Shown here: positions 22,979 to 36,511 of the stretch, one piece after another
How the letters are laid out: each line of letters opens with the position of its first letter
How positions within the stretch are numbered: the stretch's first letter is position 1
From: Podarcis muralis
Taxonomy: Eukaryota
Direction of reading: 5' to 3'
Length of the DNA stretch: 64,000 nt
Assembly (NCBI RefSeq): GCF_964188315.1
Contig: NC_135663.1
Location: forward strand, 23,188,001-23,252,000
Made by a program: the position numbers and the translations under genes
Notes under the pieces: model-generated
Database searches by the model: none
The model's input: the letters and a program-made list of their open reading frames with translations, nothing else
Told to the model about the DNA's origin: nothing

Positions 22979-23620
22979 ATGTATTTTTACAAATATTTGT
23001 TGTCTAAATGCTTGCTGTGTTTTGATTATCTTAGGTGATCATTTTGTTGCAAATCATGGATCTTGACATGTGTCATCATGAAACAAAAAACAGGTTTCAA
23101 TACTTTATGACAGCAGTCATTCGCATGCATTTTTATTGCTATTAAAGGACAGGACCTTTAAAAAACAAAGTACACCTCTTTTCATTCTTGTGCTTGCTTC
23201 TCTTACACAGCTGCTGACTTGCACTTGACAAGCATCCTTCAAATAAAGTTATTTATCAGGCGATGATATCTGCCTGCCCGTCCAATGGTTACGCTCTCTC
23301 AATCTCAAACCCCTTGTACTCTATAGGATGCCTCAACACTTCAGAGGAGGTAAAGGATGCTCATGGGAGGGGGCTGTATGGGTGAGGAGAGAAAGCAAGA
23401 CCTAATGTGAAAGCGAGTGTAGCCCATCATTTAAATAAATCTCAATCAGTACATAACTGCAATTTGAGACATCCACAGAAATGGAAGGCTTGTTGCATGG
23501 TGAAAATCACCAAAAATGTGTGTAAAGCTGGCATTAAGACACCTTCTCCCCTTCTATATGAACTCCTCTTAGAGGAATTATAGAGAAAAGTGCTAAGTCA
23601 CATGTATTTCAAACAATATT

Positions 23621-23626
23621 TTTATT
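23621..23626 (-). terminator. Candidate polyadenylation signal of INTS12
   Basis: AATAAA on the minus strand ~215 nt after the INTS12 stop. Proximal alternatives at 23766-23771 and 23779-23784. Confidence 0.55.
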
Positions 23627-23839
23627 GAAATATTTTAAAGAAATAGTTCATACTCAGGCTTCGGGTCTAAAGCAGGTTCAGAATATGGCATTACCTGAAA
23701 AACCAATACTGCTTCGACTTGAAAGCACAACTTCTGCCACCAAATAAAGACATCTGATTGCAGCTTTTATTATAGGACTTTATTACTCTCTTGTTCAACT
23801 GATCCCAGAGACATGTTTGCACTTCATCAGATACTTCTA

Positions 23840-24418
23840 TTATTTCTTTAGCTTCTTTTGAGCAGCTTTCTTCTTTACCATCTGTAACCTTTTCATAGCG
23901 TTGAGCTGTGATTCTTGAGAAGTAGGACCCTTCAGAGAAGGGGACTGATTGCCAGATTCCGCACTTGCTTTGCTGGTGCTGCTCCCACTGCTGCCTGCTG
24001 TTCCACCACTTCCGTTTCCACCAGCAGCCTGGCTGATACTTGGAGCTGAACTGCTTGGACTTGGGAGCCCTGTTTTGCTTACATTGTCACTGCTAACTGA
24101 ACGACAAAGACCTGTTTTCCCCAATGTGAGAGGGGGCAGGGGCTTAAACGGAACAGGGGTTGTGCCACTGTTAGGCGTTGCTATTTTTGAGCCTAGCCCT
24201 GCTTTGGCTGTTGCCAACCCTGACAAACCCACAGGTTTTTGATTATTTGAGGCAGTAACTGGCTTGCTGCTAGTACTCTGGGTTGTGGATCCCAACTTGG
24301 CTGTTGATGGACCTGCGGAGGACGTTTTTGCTGCAAAAGCTGCCCATCCTGTAAGGCCACTGGTTGACGAAGAGGAAACATTGGCACTGTTGGAGTTACC
24401 AGAAATAGCTGCCGAAGT
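23840..24418 (-). CDS. INTS12: Integrator complex subunit 12, last exon (Ser-rich C-terminus, basic tail)
   Basis: ttttag| acceptor at 24420-24419. [42 protein letters not shown]...[29 protein letters not shown] then TAA. Confidence 0.96.
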   Translation of the reverse strand, partial: TSAAISGNSNSANVSSSSTSGLTGWAAFAAKTSSAGPSTAKLGSTTQSTSSKPVTASNNQKPVGLSGLATAKAGLGSKIATPNSGTTPVPFKPLPPLTLGKTGLCRSVSSDNVSKTGLPSPSSSAPSISQAAGGNGSGGTAGSSGSSTSKASAESGNQSPSLKGPTSQESQLNAMKRLQMVKKKAAQKKLKK

Positions 24419-24596
24419 CTAAAATAAAGACCAATACAAACTCCACATTAATTAAAGCTGATCCCTGCAGAACACAGACCAGCATGAATAGTAATATTTT
24501 TCACATTCTTGGTATTAGAAAATAAATCAACAGGAAGTAGTGCAATATATAAAAAAAAATTAAAAAATTGTCCAGTAGCACCTTAGAGACCAACTA

Positions 24597-24786
24597 CAGT
24601 GGTACCTCAGGTTACATACGCTTCAGGTTAAGAACTTTGCTTCAGGATGAGAACAGAAATCGTGCTCTGGCGGCGCGGCAGCAGCAGGAGGCCCTATTAG
24701 CTAAAGTGGTGCTTCAGGTTAAGAACAGTTTCAGGTTAAGTACGGACCTCCGGAACCAATTAAGTACTTAACCCGAGGTACCACTG
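24597..24786. mobile_element. Tc1/mariner-type MITE
   Basis: cagtggtacctc ... gaggtaccactg with TA TSD. Confidence 0.92.
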
Positions 24787-26353
24787 TAAGTTTGTTCTTG
24801 GTATAAGCTTTCATGTTCATGCACACTTCTTCAGATAAACTGAAACAGATGAACCTAGGAAGCAGTGTATTATCCCAAATCACCTTGATCAAAAAAACCA
24901 GAGGGCACAAAGTGGCAGGTATATCTTAATTCTCCAGGTTAAGACAACACCAACATTTTTACCTAAGAATTAAATAAGCACAATGATCCTTCACTCCGAT
25001 GTAAAAGTGACAAAACAATCTGCAGCACATAAAACTTCAGCACTTGGGAATTAAAAAGATAAACAGCAGAATCCATGGTTATTCTATTACCTGAAATTGC
25101 TGTTATCAGGACAACAAATGTGAATTCCCAGATACAAACTTCATCTGTTTTGCATGTTTTGAAAAAGGGAATTGCTTCTATTTAGCCTTAATAGACAGTA
25201 AAGTTGGCTGTCTGCAATGCCTTGCAAATATTTGCCCAGGCTTCTGACAAGTTGTCTGGAAGGCAATCACCAGGAAAACCCTACTAAAGAACTCATCTAC
25301 ACTTCAGCTCAACATAGATCACACTTGCACAAACTTTGGGCACAATCAGCTAGGAATTCTGCTGCACAATTTCCCATGGAAATGAATGGATGCTGTATAA
25401 GAACATGGCAATGTTGAACTTCCTGATCTTTGTTTCTAAAGATCATTTCTTAAAACTCCCAACACATTGATTCGGAATTGGGTCAATAATTACACGTGTT
25501 ATTAGAGAACTCTTTGAAAATTAAATCTTTTCCCCCTGCCTCCAGGTCTGAATTGATTTGCAATGTTGACTATGCTACACTACAATATTAGATTGGCTTA
25601 AAAAGTCCTCTTTTCCATTTGTTCAAAAATCCTACATACTAATTTCAGCTTAAACAAAACAGGGATTCTGTAAGGTTTCAGTTACTGGTGGGCAAGCCCA
25701 GCGATGCCCTTAAGCTTTGGAAAAAATGAAGCTGTGCAGCCTTGGAGCTTGTCAGCTTAAGCCTTGGAAAGCTTCCTAATCCAGAAAGCCAATAGCAGAA
25801 GCCAAGGCTTTTATTACAGTCTCTGCGAGCTATCCCCCTGGCTTGTTTTCATCACTTCTTCAGCTGATAGTGAGATAAGACTAGTTTTAGTCTTAATTAT
25901 TATTTCAACTGTTCAAAACTGAATTTTAATTATTTTATTATATATCAGTCTGAAGTGGAAAAGTGATTTATAAATTCCAGTATAAATCAATTAGGCCCTT
26001 CCAACCTATCTGCATTCCCCACAAGTGGGATGAAAAGAACAGCCAAAATTATTCTTACATCTTATCTAAGCCTCGGAAGAAATGCAGATTACCCCTTCAG
26101 TCTACCAAATCAAACACAAAATGATTCTTATAAATTAGAAAGGATGAATTCAGTATTTTATTGAGGGCTGCTATCCAAATGGAAGACATATTTTATCACC
26201 CATTCAGAATTATGGACAAACTAGTAGTGTAAAATAAAAGTACTTCAGTTTTGGATACTAATGAGGTTTATGTGATATTGGGGGGGGGGGGAGACCTGTG
26301 CTAAACACAATAAAATAACTTATTTTTTCCACAAAACATATTATGTACTGTAC

Positions 26354-26506
26354 CTTGACTTCTGTCCTCTTAAACGCTAGGAAAGTTGACGTTGTCTCCA
26401 TCTTTAGCTTAATTTCTGGTTTCTTTATCAGCGGGTCTTTCACAGCTGGAGCCACTGAAACTACAGCAGGGGCTGGCTTCTGGGAAGGCTTCTGTGTTTT
26501 CTGAGC
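26354..26506 (-). CDS. INTS12: INTS12 exon
   Basis: atacag| and |gtacag. [51 protein letters not shown]. Confidence 0.95.
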
Positions 26507-28074
26507 CTGTATAAATTACACATGTTAACATTCTTTATATGGAAATAATTAAAAACAAAATGAAATGCCTTAGCAATGTCAATGGAAATATTCATCACTG
26601 GGCATGAGAAAGCATGAGGGACAGTTGAAACAAAAATGAGTGTGGAATTTTAAGCTGCATGGAAATAAAAGGTTTGAGAATGGGCACATAAATCAAGAAC
26701 CCAAATTTGGGAAAAGAGCAGCAAGAATGGCAAGGAAAATGGAAAAAGTACAAGTGGGTAAGGTGGAAGCATTTAGTCAAAGGAAACAGAACTGGAAAAC
26801 TAGTCTGGGGTGGATTCTAATAATAGGTGTGGTTTTGCTCTTTTGGCATCAATCACAAAAGTCAAACAAGTCATAAGAAAGACAGGGTTATATGAATTTA
26901 TTCCTAATTGCAGAATAGCAAATGCAATGAGCAGTGCAATACCCATTCAAATGTCAACACCCCATCCCAACATATTAAAGGATAAGGTCCTTCAAATAGT
27001 ACATTTGTTGGCTGGTGCAATCTAGGAAGAAATAAGTCAACATTTAATTTTTTTTAACATTACAAAGGTTGCTTGTTTTTTAAACAGACTAGGTCATATT
27101 GCTGTTTTATCAGTCAATGGCCCAGTTCAGATTATGGTTTCCTGGTTTGTCAACGTAATGCTAAGCTGGTTCAGATATAACTGGCAACTCTGTCCTAATG
27201 CAAGCCAGGATCTTAGTACTAAAGTTAGCATGTGATGGAAGGGAGAATATGGGCAAGGGGATGAGTTCTTAGCCCCAAAGCTCATTCATGGCTTCATAAG
27301 CAGCAGTTAATGAAGCCTCAAACAATTGCCGAAGTGGACATTAGCATCTAAGCTAAGTATTATATGATTTCAAAACTAAGATACAGGAGTTTATCTGTAA
27401 TTTGAGTGATTCTTTCATGGTTGTTGTTTTTTAAAATTGAAGTTACGAGAAGCACATTTTTTTCTAACACTGAAATGTTCCTTCTATTAACCAACTTTTA
27501 AAATTGCAGGAATTGTATATTCTTCCCATATCTTCAATTAACATGCAAAAAGGCATGTCCCCAGAGAGAAGCAATGAAACAGAAGCCTTTCATCTTCTAT
27601 GAAAGATAAAGATTCTACGGGAGCTAAAGATGGTTAATGTAGCCCAATATTTGTTACTTTCTCTTACTTAAAAGATAATTTGCAGAGAGCAATCCATTCA
27701 GGACATAAGTGCACAGAGTAGGGGGTTATTGATTCATTTAGCTGATTCCTTCTTCCCGTGCTCCAATGACCTTGCCTGACTTTTACATTTTTTGTAATCC
27801 AAACACCTACCTTTGGCAAGGGAAATATTAAGATATAAAAATCAATACAGCGGCAGCTAAAAATACACCAGCAGACTTCAAAAAGCATATATAACTATTT
27901 ATTAAGGCATTTCTTACTTGACAATAAATCAATATAGGGGGAAAATGTATTCCATCAACCCTCCTCCCTTCTAATTCCCCTTTTTATTTTTAGTCAAGAA
28001 ATTCCTTACTTAAAGAACCCAATTAGTGGCTCAGTGCATGCTATCAATTATTCTAAGGGGGGGAAACTTCTTAC

Positions 28075-28234
28075 CATTTTTTTCATTTGTCTGGTACATC
28101 GAGCACAATACCACACTAGGCGAGGATCATTCACTTCTTTGTCTGTCACTTGAGGTTTATGGCAATCTTGATGGTAGAGATTATGACATTCCTGGCACTC
28201 CACTAATGGATTTCCTGAAGTAACTGTCATTTGT
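28075..28234 (-). CDS. INTS12: INTS12 exon (PHD finger)
   Basis: ttgcag| and |gtaaga. [53 protein letters not shown]. With CVVC in the previous exon this completes a C4HC3 PHD finger. Confidence 0.97.
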
Positions 28235-28262
28235 CTGCAAAGCACAAAATGTATGGCCCAAG

Positions 28263-28680
28263 AGTCATAGAACTGTAGAGTTGGAAGGGACCCTGAGGTT
28301 CATCTAGTCCGTGGGTAGCCAAACTAAGGCCCGGGGGCCAGATCCAGCCCAATCGCCTTCTCAATCCGGCCCGTGGACAGTCCAGGAGTCTGCGTGTTTT
28401 TACATGAGTAGATTGTGTCCTTTTATTTAAAATGCATCTCTGGGTTATTTGAGGGGCATAGGAATTCGTTCATTTTTTCCCTTCAAAATATAGTCCCCCC
28501 CAAGGTCTGAGGGACAGTGGAGCGGCCCCCTGCTAAAAAAGTTTGCTGACTCCTGATCTAGTCCAACCCCCTCAACTAAATCATACATGACAGATGGCCA
28601 TCCAAACCTCCAAGGAAGCAGAGTCCACCACCTCATGGGGGGGGGGGAGTCCATTCCACTGTCAAACAGCTAACATTTCC
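28263..28680 (-). mobile_element. CR1 3' fragment interrupted by a hAT MITE
   Basis: catagaactgtagagttggaagggaccc ... resumes ccaacccc ... cattccactgtcaaacagct. Confidence 0.7.
28310..28555. mobile_element. hAT (Charlie-like) MITE
   Basis: Perfect 8-bp TSD atctagtc at 28302-28309 and 28556-28563. Ends cgtgggtagccaaact / gtttgctgactcctg. Confidence 0.85.
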
Positions 28681-31600
28681 TCTCAAAACACAGTCTGGGT
28701 GTTTGCAAAGCTACCTCCAAAGGACTATTCTTAATACTTCTCAGCAGAACAACATCCATGTGCATCACAATGAAGCCTACGTTCAGAAGACTGCCCCAGC
28801 TCTGAGGAACCTAAACCATCTAAAAGTGGGAATGAGGGATAGAAAAAGAAGCGTAAAGGAAGCTAAGGATTATAGGATCTTTCCTCAGAGAACAGGATAT
28901 GCCCTGGCAAGCCTGTTTCTGTACAAAAAGAGGAAACTTGCCCATGCCAGCCTGCTCCCTAACTCAAAACATTTTGCTTGTGTGCCTAGATACACTCATA
29001 ATGAATTGCTGCCCACAAAGCCACTGGGAGGAAAATGATTCTCTTTACTTTTCACCTCCCCCAAAAAATCAAGTTTAAAAAGCTGTATAGTATGAAAAGC
29101 ACTAGATATACTTGGTTTATTACCAATGGGTACCTCTCTCATTTAAGATGGTTTCATACAAATTGCCCATAAAATACTAGGATAGATTGAGTCTTCCATA
29201 AAAGTCCTCAGGATGTCTGCAAATTTCATCCAATTCTGCCAAAAAATAAGGAAGTTACAAAGGGTTCCTTAAAAAAATTTTTTTGAAGATACCCTTCACA
29301 AAAATCTCCAGATCTATGTGGCAGACATTATCCACTCTAGACGTGCTATTATGCTACCAAATCATTTATATAAAAAGTATAGCTATTTTGATTTCCTCAT
29401 AATAAAAGGGGGGGGGGACAGAAATATTTTCTTTCCCCAAAGCAGGCTTGGCCCTGAGCCCAGAGTCATATCAAGCAGTCATTGAAGTATCTGGACCAAG
29501 GTCAGCTGTTTTCCAAAGCGGCAAAGTAGGGTCAAAAATGAACTGCTACTATCATGACTAATTCTTATTTTATTACTCTTGTATTCAGTGCTGACTGCTA
29601 CTATCTGAGTTATGTAAATCTAACTGGGAAGAAAACTCTAACTGGATCCAGTCCATTTAGATAATGGAAGACATTAGAGCAAGGAGAGCCCAGTTACAAC
29701 AAAAAAAACTGATTTAGTTGTGGAAGAAGAGCCAAATCTTAGAATAATGACAGATTAAAAAAGGAGACCTCCAAGAAGAAACAGTGAGAGACAACGATGT
29801 GAGCAAGACTGTGAAACAGACTTCATCTTGCACAACAGTACTTCCCCTCCCTCTTCTTCCCCTTGTTGCCTCCTGCATGCCCCCAAATCTGCTCCTCGCC
29901 CCCCCCCCAACCTGCTGGAGTAGATTTTGGGGACATACAGGGAACTACAATGTGACAAAGAGGAAAAGAAGTCCCTCTCTGTGAGTGGAAGTCTGCCCGC
30001 TGCTAGATGTCACCCAGGAAGTTTGCACAGGATGTAAAGGGGGAAAGAAGGCATACAGAATTGAAAGGCATTATCCTAATATATTGTTATGCAAAATGGG
30101 ATAATTCGAGCAGCAGCTTTGATCAAAGTAGTCAAGGTGCTATGTTTTTAACAGTTAAAACATTACTACTATGTCAGGGGAGGGGGTTCTTCTCTTGGAA
30201 AAATATATAAATGACAATTTGGAGGCTATACGTTAAGGGAAATATGGCTTGGAGTCAGCCAAACACAATTTCCCAAACCGTTACTACTTTTAGATGACAA
30301 ATCAGGTTACTTCTAAGCTGCTCTGGCACATATCCCCATGGTACAGGTACGTAGGTAACCATGGAAACTCTATTTGCAGGTGGATGTGGTAAGAGAAATA
30401 CGCTATTCCTTTATTTAACAGGAAAATGAAGACAGAAGATAATATTCAGATGGCTTCAGAAACAGTTTTTTTAAAAGGTGGGCTAATTTGAAAACCAATC
30501 AGGAAAATCTTGTGCCAATTCAGGAGTATGTGCAGTGTGATTCTAAGCAGGCTGAGCTTACTTCCTAGGAAATGTGCTAAGGATTTACAGCCTTGACTGC
30601 TAAATAGAGCAGCTACAGTTTCTTTAAAAAAAGAAAAAGGGGGAGATCACAAAATTTTAAGATCTTCCAACTATATGACACATACTTTCATATTTTAAAT
30701 CTATAAAATAATAACTGTGGTGAGATTTTAAAAATTCCATGCCAAATGAAACATAAAAACTTTGTGTGACAAAAATTGTCAAAGCCAAATTTCATTTGAA
30801 GCTGGTTTGAAATGGAAACAGTTCAAAGAGTTTGATACCTTAAATAAAACACAGTGACATTAATATATATGGTATGATATAGAAGAGTTCTTGAAAAGGT
30901 ATATAGGTTTCTCCCTAATAAATCCTCTATTTCGACAGGATTGAAGTGTCACTTGCAAATCACACAGAACATTTTGCTTTTGAATATTTAGTTACACTTG
31001 AAACCCAAACAGTGGCTTAACAATATTTGTTAAGCGGAACAGCTATTTAAGGTCTCCCCTACAGACTACCATGGTTTTTATACTTATACTTATTCTACTA
31101 CTGACAGTTTCATGCCTCTGGTTAGCATATATGCATACATAAAGTTAAATTCAACAATTGTCTAAGCCCAGGTTGCCACCCCCCCCCTTCAGTCGTATTT
31201 ACTCAAGAGAAGTAACCTAGAATTCAATGAGATTACTTAGGGTGAACTTCTGAAGCAAGCAATTTGAAGACTGAACACAGCCTTATTCCTTTGCTTGGTG
31301 AAGTCAAAAGTCTTTAATAGCTGAAAGATACCGGAGAACTGAGATTTTAAGATTTTCAAGTTGCAAGATATGCAGTGCATTACACAAAGGCATCTTCTGC
31401 AAACCCAAAGCAACTATGATATTAGTAGCTGCAGTAGGGGACAGATTTTGACCCAAATATTTCTTTTTCCCCATTAACTTAATAAATCTGCAATATACTG
31501 CTATGCAACGTGAACCTGTTTCTCATACTGCATTAAAACAGCAGCATGAACATTCAGTTAGAACTGAATACCCATATACTTAAAAACAAAACCTATGCAC

Positions 31601-31933
31601 GCCCACAAAATACCCTCACCAACCACAAACACAACAACAACAAAGTGAATTAAGGCTACATTCTTACACCCGCTTACCTGGGAGTAAATCCTTTTTTACT
31701 CAGTGATATTTACCTAAAAGTGAGCATGCGCAAGCTTAGGCTGCTAGTCTGAAAACTTTTACAGAAATAATTTATTGTTTAAATTTTAGGCCTTTGATCT
31801 CATGAACCATGGGAAAATCCTATTAGAAATTACCGCTTGGCTTACAAAGAAAAGTGACTATTTAGAATTGACTACAAAATGGTCAATTACACCCTATAAA
31901 TCTGCTGCAATTGCCAAATTTTCCCATACTCAC

Positions 31934-32121
31934 CGGCAAACAACACAAGCCAAACCCATCTCCATGGCAAAATCATCAGCACTAGTTTCTTCAAAACTTG
32001 AAAGGTCTGCCATGGCCAAATCCTTGCTAGTCTGTACTGTGATTGGGGATGAACGAGTCTCTGGCTTTTCTAGTCTTGGTTTCTTTGGCATGTCAACTCC
32101 TTCACTGCTTTCCAGCTTTAT
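31934..32121 (-). CDS. INTS12: INTS12 exon
   Basis: cagcag| tandem acceptor and |gtgagt donor. [62 protein letters not shown](R). Confidence 0.95.
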
Positions 32122-33228
32122 CTGCTGAATGATATATACACACAGTGATGGTGAAAACATGAAAGCTTCGAGCAAGTAAATAAGAAATCAGTTTATAATT
32201 GAAAGAAAGCATGTTCATTGCATAACACAAAATTTACAGAATGCATTACATTAATTAACATAACCTTTCCCCCCATATCTCCAAATTATGTAGAATGTGA
32301 GGTGCTCTGAAAATTACAGAAGTCCAGTAATACTGATAAACATATTTATCGCCACTACGAAAGGAACCAAAGTGTACTGGCACATTGAACTCAAAATAGT
32401 TTGCTGTTGTTGCTTAGAGCATTTGGAAAAAGTGCCTCAGGCTTTTTCTTCCAGCAGATTCATAGTTTAGTATTACTCTGATCTTACTCCATTACCAAGA
32501 ATATGAAGCAGAATGGATCGCCTGAAGATCAGGTGTATTATTCATAACTTAATCTTCTGGATTAAATGCCTTACCAAGTTTGTAGATCCCTTAAAATGAA
32601 ATGAATTCTTATTTATGAATACTAAAGTGATTATCCTGATTTATTAAGAGCACTTCATTCCTACAAGGACTCTCTATACCTGTTTGTTACCCTGGTATGC
32701 ATGGCACACCAGTATTCTTACCTCATATTATAAATGGGGCAAGTTTGTTGAGGCTGAGAGGTAGTGGTTTATCTAAGGCTACCCAAGCAACTTCATGGCT
32801 GAACTAAGATGCTCCCAGGCCCATCATTCTTGCTCTTAATTTCCATGCTAGCACCAGCTAGATTTAATTACAGCCTTGCATTAAATAGAAGCCCTGCTGT
32901 CATGCAGTCAAAAACAGTGGTGGGTAAAGTGAGATTGCAAGCGAGGCAAAATAAACAAAGCCCAAGCAAAATTAACATGCTTGCTTGTCAGCCTGCAGCA
33001 CTGGAAAGCTGCTAAGGAATTTGTAGACAAGGAAAAGGGCACCCTTTGAAAACTAAACAATCTGCATAGAAGAGAAAGCACACAGCTCCTACTCTTGAAA
33101 GAAGTGAGCAATTAACTATGGAGAGGACACAGCTAGCAAAGCAGAACACATTCATACACAAGGATTCCTATCCAAATACACAAAAATTCCTATCCAAATA
33201 ATGCTTTACAGGTAGCAGTAGAACTTAC

Positions 33229-33381
33229 TTTATCAGCAGACCTCTTCTCCGCTTCTTTTTTCACCTTTTCGGCTGCAATGGGCTTGCCATTATTGCTACC
33301 TGAAGGAAGGTTTGAGGAAGCCTTAGGCTCTTGCTTAACAGAAACTGGTTTTGTAATAGATACTTTGGGCTGATCTACCTC
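33229..33381 (-). CDS. INTS12: INTS12 exon
   Basis: atacag| and |gtaagt. [51 protein letters not shown]. Confidence 0.95.
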
Positions 33382-34422
33382 CTGTATAAAGCATAACAAT
33401 AATGTTGTATTAATGGTAATATTAGATATAGTTGCTATGCTGAGATCAAAACAATTTTGTTTTCATTTTGAGAGGTGACAAAGCTTAAAATGTTACCCCA
33501 ACCCCAAATACCATTTTCCCCTGCCAGCACAGCCAGTTGTCAAGGAGGATGGGAACTGCCATACATAATATATAGGCGGCACGATGTTGGCTACCCCTGC
33601 CCTAAAGTGCCAAACAAAGTGGAGGAAATAGAGATTATTTAATACAGATAGTATAGGCATTTTATACTATAAAGGTTTTTTTTTGGTTCAGTCACTTACA
33701 TGCCAATCCTACACAAAATTATTTAAATAGAAGATGGCTGGAGCCTGTGTATGCTAAGGATCTGGACCATTTTGACAGTAATGTCAGCACTTCTACTATG
33801 CAAGCCACAACTTCTCTCTCCCCTGCTATCAGGTTTTATTTTTACATCCCAAGTCAACAATGAGATCAGCTACCAGGTCAATCTATCACTTGTGATACTA
33901 CAAAGGCTAAGCAGAACTTACCCACTGGCCAACCCTTTACTAATGAAGGAACAAGTAACAATGCTGATGGCAATAGCAACACATCAGAACCATTAAAAAG
34001 GCCTTCTGGAGCCCAGATGAAAGAAATCTGGTCTGTTATAACAGAAGTTCTTGTTCCTGTGCTTTAAAGAACCTGAAACGTGACTCACAGCACCACCACC
34101 ACTCCTTACTTACTTGAGCCACATTCTGCTCACTGGCTACAAATTCTATTTTTCATTGATTTCTAATATTCAGAATAGGATTCTAAGTCCCAAGCAGTCT
34201 TAACAAGAAATAAGCCCGTTGAACCCAGTGGGGCTCACCTCTGAATATACATGTACTGGATCAGAATGCAAATGTACGGACAAATGAAAGTAGATACTGA
34301 TTATTTTTGAAGTTCTTTTCAATTCTTACTGGCTTCTTCAAGTAATAGGAAAGAGCCTCCCATTTCAGAAGTTATATACAGCACAAATATATCTAACACA
34401 TTTCATTCGTTCACTCCAGTAC

Positions 34423-34572
34423 CTTCTGTGATGGGCGATAGTCAATCCCCCTAGACAAAGATTCATCCAGTAGTGCTTTTAGCTTTTCAGCTGAATCCTT
34501 GCTCTTTGAATGCAGAAAGCCCAGAGCTTTCAGGAATATGGGGTCTAGCTCCAAGTTCAGAGTAGCAGCCAT
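34423..34572 (-). CDS. INTS12: INTS12 first coding exon
   Basis: Acceptor tttaaag| at 34582-34581, 8 nt of UTR, ATG at 34572. [50 protein letters not shown], donor |gtactg. The joined CDS is 460 aa. Confidence 0.97.
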
Positions 34573-35142
34573 AGCAGTATCTTTAAATGAAAATAAATAA
34601 TGAAAGAGCAGAACTTTAAACAAATATATGCCCCCCTTCAAAAGTACAAGTTTCTTAAGAGGAAATCTGTCACCTTATTCTTAGCAAAAATAAAACAGTT
34701 TCTGGAAATAATACTGTGCATTTAGAATATAGGTTGCAAGACTTTTGAATCTGGCACAGTCCCAGTAACTAACTCAAGTTACACAAGATAGTTGCAGCTT
34801 ATATTTATTTTATTTAAAACAATGTATTTACTGCTTGATTGTAAATAAAACCTCTAAGCAATTTACAGAAAATAAAACAAACATTAATGTTGTCAATAAA
34901 TGAAGAGTTATGTGGATTTTTTAAAAAAATCAAAATATAATTCATTAAAATCAACAATAGCTAAAAATACATGGGAACATGGTTTGCCTGATAAAAAAGA
35001 TTTTTTAGTAGGCACCAAAAAGATTACAGTGAAGGCGCCTGTCTGGTGTTTATAGGTGAGCAGTTTCAAAGTGTAGATTCCACCGCACTAAGTGAGCAGC
35101 TAGGATTATTTAGCATCTCTAACAGTGCAAGTTCCATAGACT

Positions 35143-35200
35143 GTGGTCCATGGGGTCACGAAGAGTCGGACACGACTAAAAGACTAAACAACAACAACAA
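35143..35200 (+). mobile_element. Extremely 5'-truncated RTE/BovB LINE tail
   Basis: gtggtccatggggtcacgaagagtcggacacgact...(caa)n. 17-bp TSD tgcaagttccatagact at 35126-35142 and 35201-35217. Confidence 0.9.
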
Positions 35201-35281
35201 TGCAAGTTCCATAGACTAAAGTCATATCTGGGGCAAGGTTATTTCTCATGCCCCACACTGTTCTGGTCTCAAGCTATACTA

Positions 35282-35683
35282 CGGTATTTTTCTGTGTATA
35301 ACACGCCTCTGTGTATAAGACGACACCTATTTTTGGGGACTCCAAATAAAGAAAATGGGGTGGGGGAGATTGCCCAGAGTTGTTGAGCTATTTTGGGGGG
35401 GGGGGGGGGGAATTGCCACAAGTTGTTGAGCTTTTTTGTGGAGGGGAATTGTAGAAAATAGCACACCCGCCTGACCGACACTGCCAATCGCACGCGTCGC
35501 CAAAGCAACCAATCATCTGCCCGCTCGATGCCAGCAGCCACCAATCACCCGCCCAATTGCCACTGACAATCTCCTGCTCGCGGCTGCAACCAATCGCCCT
35601 GCACTATCTGTGTATAAGACAACCCCCAATTTTTAACATTAGTTTATAATTTAAAAACATGTCTTATACACGGAAAACTACGG
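35282..35683. mobile_element. Tigger/pogo-like MITE (CCGTATTTTTC TIR family)
   Basis: cggtatttttctgtgtataa ... ttatacacggaaaactacgg with TA flanks. Confidence 0.85.
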
Positions 35684-35853
35684 TATATACCAACATTTAA
35701 CACCCTGACCTTGGTCCAGGAACTCCAAGTAATGCCAAAAGATGCAATAATGACATCTTCTTGGACAGCTTCGAAAGTTTTTAGACAAATTCATGGAGGT
35801 TACGGCTACCAGCAGCTACCAAGCATAAGGCTGCCTCCAGAATGAGAGGCATT

Positions 35854-35982
35854 AGGCATACTCGGCCCTCCAGATGCTTTGGGACTACAACTCCCATCAT
35901 CCCTGACCACTGGTCCTGTTAGCTAGGGATGATGGGAGTTGTAGTCCCAAAACATCTGGAGGGCCGAGTTTGCCTATGCCTG
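35854..35982. mobile_element. Palindromic hAT-type MITE (left end eroded)
   Basis: Near-identical to 38053-38188. Confidence 0.88.
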
Positions 35983-36336
35983 CATTATGCCTCTGAATGC
36001 CAGTTCCCAGAGAGCACAAAGGGAAAAGAAGCGCTGTTGCACCCAGGTGCAGCTTGTGGGCTTCCCAATGGCATTGGGCTGGTCACTGTAAGAACAGGAT
36101 GCTGGACTAGATAGGCCTTTTGGTTTGATCCAACAAGACTCTTTTTTGTGTTGTGCTTTTATGTGTTTGCAACCCATCAACATCAGGTGCACCTATCAAG
36201 GTGGCTGGTAGAAAATGGCAAGGTGGGCGGGGGTATACATAATAAAATGATGATGATGATGATACAAAGCTCTTCACACTATGCGTTGATTCGTGTCGTG
36301 ATTATTATTTTTAAAGTAATTTTTATTAGGTTTTGC

Positions 36337-36511
36337 CAGTGCTTTTTTCTGGAGGGATGCAGGGGTACGCATACACCTAAACATTTTGTGAATCTTTGTA
36401 CTTTGGTCCATTGACTGTATTTACTTTTCCTGATTTCAACTCTAAAATGGTGGTTTTCTTGAGTCAAAAGGGGAGTCCCCCTAAGCAATTTCTTAAAGAA
36501 AAAAAGCACTG
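36337..36511. mobile_element. hAT-type MITE
   Basis: TIR cagtgctttttt / aaaaaagcactg. Perfect 8-bp TSD ggttttgc at 36329-36336 and 36512-36519. Confidence 0.9.
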
